From a virus (Duplodnaviria > Caudoviricetes), in IMG/VR virus record IMGVR_UViG_3300037461_001255, positions 1 to 26,262 of that record: a stretch of DNA of 26,262 nt; one strand, given 5' to 3'. The position numbers were made by a program, and so were the translations under genes. The notes under the pieces are model-generated. The model saw only the letters and a program-made list of their open reading frames with translations, made no database searches and had not been told where the DNA came from. Of the stretch, positions 24,305-26,262 are shown piece after piece (position 1 is the first letter of the stretch; every line of letters starts with the position of its first letter).

Positions 24305-25836
24305 TCTTGGAAATGTACAGCAATGGCTCCTGGCAGGCGGTTTCTGGCAAGGAATTGTTGTCGCTCAATCAGGTCGAAATCAGCCAGTCCGCCGGGTCGC
24401 TTTCCTGGGACGTTGAGTCCCAGCCAACCGACCCCTTTGCCTACACCGAAAATGAGGTCATCGGCCTGCGCGGGCGCGACTCAACTTCCGACCCTTGGAA
24501 GGTTCTATTCGCCGGTAAATTGTTCCAGGCTCCGGAACGAAAATATGAGTCCAATTTCTGCGTCGATTCCTACATCGCGCACGACGTTTGGAACGATCTC
24601 GAACGTACCGTTTATCAGCTAACAGGTTTCGTTGCCGCCGGGTTTAATAAATCGCACGTCATTCTGTTTCGCGACTCGACCGGGAACCGCATGACGGCGG
24701 GGCACCAGATTCGTTTTATTTTAGAGTACGCCCGTGCGAACGGTATTAATATAAATTATGTGCAGGCCGATCTGAATGTGATGAACGTTCAGCCTCCATC
24801 CGACGAACAAACTGATTTATCCTGTTCGGAAGCAATTCAGAAATGTCTGCGATGGCAGCCCGGTTATTACACTCGGTTTGAATACTCAGAGTCCGGATCA
24901 ACAATTCGTTTCCTCCCTGAATCACAGGAGATAGACCTGCGCATACCTCTTACTGATGTGTTAAAATCAGGAGGCTTTTCCATTAAGAAAAAATCCGACA
25001 TGACCCTGCGCGGCGTGGTCATTAATTATGAGGTCGAAAACAAGATCATCGACGGCACCACGCTGTCGATTCAAACCGATTGGGCCGGTGCAACATCCGG
25101 CCCGGACGTTTTAGTCCACACCGTTCAGGTCGATGGCTCCTATCAAATCGCCACCGAACAAAGTATTTTTATTTCGGTGCTAGATGTTCCGGTTAATTAC
25201 AAAGCAAATCTGGAGTTTGTCCGCCGGTTTTTCCCATACGTATGTAATTTTCCATCCAACACAACGCAGAATAATTTACCGGCCTCAATTCCCTATCCGT
25301 TCTACATCACCTCTGGGTATCAGTCCGGTTACGGAATTTCTATTTACGCAGCGGAATTTAAATGGTGGGTTCGATACAACAGAAATTCATGGAACCAATT
25401 GATCGATTGTTCAATTTCTTCCGGCAACCATTACACGGAAGAATGGGTCTCGGTCACCCTTAATTTAACGTCGAGCACTAGCGGAACCTACACACGACCT
25501 GGCACGCCAATAACGATTCCAGGCGAACTCATTCCTACCGGTGTCGCCACGGCGATTTTCGCCGCCCGGCAGTGGCCCCTCTATGACGGCTCATTCTCCC
25601 GCGAATTCTCCATCGCCGCACCCGCCAGCCCGCAGAACAACATCAACGTTTTAAACGGTCTGGCGGAATATGAAACTATGAAAGCCCCGGTCCAGCGGGT
25701 AGCCCGCGACTATTTCAACCTTACGGAAAGCATAAAGTTCGGACATCCGGAACAAGCCGGTATCACCGACTACATCGACATGCTTCGAAACAACCGCTCC
25801 GTCAACCGCCCGAGCCGCAGAACATGGAGAACCTGA
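24301..25836 (+). CDS. Tail tip/hub-like protein
   Basis: Follows tape measure; VLFAGKL...AHDVWNDL pattern; lower-GC central part. Confidence 0.6.
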   Translation: MILEMYSNGSWQAVSGKELLSLNQVEISQSAGSLSWDVESQPTDPFAYTENEVIGLRGRDSTSDPWKVLFAGKLFQAPERKYESNFCVDSYIAHDVWNDLERTVYQLTGFVAAGFNKSHVILFRDSTGNRMTAGHQIRFILEYARANGININYVQADLNVMNVQPPSDEQTDLSCSEAIQKCLRWQPGYYTRFEYSESGSTIRFLPESQEIDLRIPLTDVLKSGGFSIKKKSDMTLRGVVINYEVENKIIDGTTLSIQTDWAGATSGPDVLVHTVQVDGSYQIATEQSIFISVLDVPVNYKANLEFVRRFFPYVCNFPSNTTQNNLPASIPYPFYITSGYQSGYGISIYAAEFKWWVRYNRNSWNQLIDCSISSGNHYTEEWVSVTLNLTSSTSGTYTRPGTPITIPGELIPTGVATAIFAARQWPLYDGSFSREFSIAAPASPQNNINVLNGLAEYETMKAPVQRVARDYFNLTESIKFGHPEQAGITDYIDMLRNNRSVNRPSRRTWRT

Positions 25837-26081
25837 TCCAGTTCACTCCCGCCACCGGTCCGTCAGCATCCGATGATCTGGCCTCACTCTTTGAATCTCA
25901 CAAACAGTTATGTCAGTCATGTCCGTTTTCATCCGGATCGAGTTGTTCGCTCTGCCGCACCTGCCAAGGCGACCCGTGGACCCGCCCTCGCTGTCCCTCT
26001 GGCCGATGGTGGGACACCAAATACAACCTCATTGCAACGCGCCTGCAACCTCATAAAATCACCTCTGCAATTCTGTCTTAA
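25824..26081 (+). CDS. Small Cys-rich putative metal-binding protein
   Basis: CQSC...CSLCRTC...CPSGRW; last gene before the end region. Confidence 0.55.
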   Translation: MENLIQFTPATGPSASDDLASLFESHKQLCQSCPFSSGSSCSLCRTCQGDPWTRPRCPSGRWWDTKYNLIATRLQPHKITSAILS

Positions 26082-26244
26082 ACAAATAGTTGTCTCAAAC
26101 CACTGTCTTTTCGGCGTTATTCCGCAAAAACAATCTCAAACCGTTGTTTTGCGTAACAAATTACGTAAGTCATTGCTGTTCAGTATAATTTATTTTAATT
26201 TATGCCTTTAAACGATGTCCAAAACTGCATTTCCCCGTCCACCA
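26074..26244. other. Probable prophage right end (transposase-binding repeats)
   Basis: TGTC(T/C)(T/C/A)AAAC at 26074, 26091 and 26216, degenerate copy at 26132; AT-rich; candidate terminal CA at 26241, 26244 or 26252. Confidence 0.5.
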
Positions 26245-26262
26245 GCCGTCCAGATCACCCAT

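Larger units (their letters stand above)
1..26244. mobile_element. Mu-like transposable prophage (left end outside window), divergent early/late organisation, siphovirus-type tail
   Basis: MuA/MuB-like pair plus gp27/gp28(TerL)/gp29(DUF935 portal)/gpI protease/gp36/gpF/gpG-like genes; no integrase and no tail sheath recognised. Confidence 0.95.

Noticed and set aside
17276-26081. Mu G-segment-type invertible tail fibre cassette
   Set aside because: No serine invertase, no oppositely oriented fibre genes and no gix-like inverted pair seen

Overview
The whole window is the central and right part of a Mu-like (transposable) prophage with a non-contractile (sipho-type) tail. The early genes (small HTH regulators, a DUF3102-like gene, MuA-like transposase, MuB-like ATPase) run leftward from about 5130. 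A short operon encoding an acidic protein and a probable RHH protein, then the late region, run rightward: membrane genes, gp27-like/TerL/portal, protease-scaffold, cement, capsid, neck, tail tube, exported fibre-like proteins, displaced gpF/gpG, tape measure and a tail-tip protein. The window ends in a probable transposon right end near 26240. The striking feature is the density of short repeats: about 15 REP-like GTA[AGC]GGGC...GCCC[AC]TAC palindromes plus several families of 7-13 nt tandem repeats. They sit in frame inside essential genes, build the signal peptides of several late proteins, abut ribosome-binding sites, and fill mini-ORFs that overlap the genes on either side. Several virion-operon proteins carry Sec or lipoprotein signals and are strongly enriched in [S/T]-N dipeptides. 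Product calls come from motif recognition and synteny only; no database search was run.
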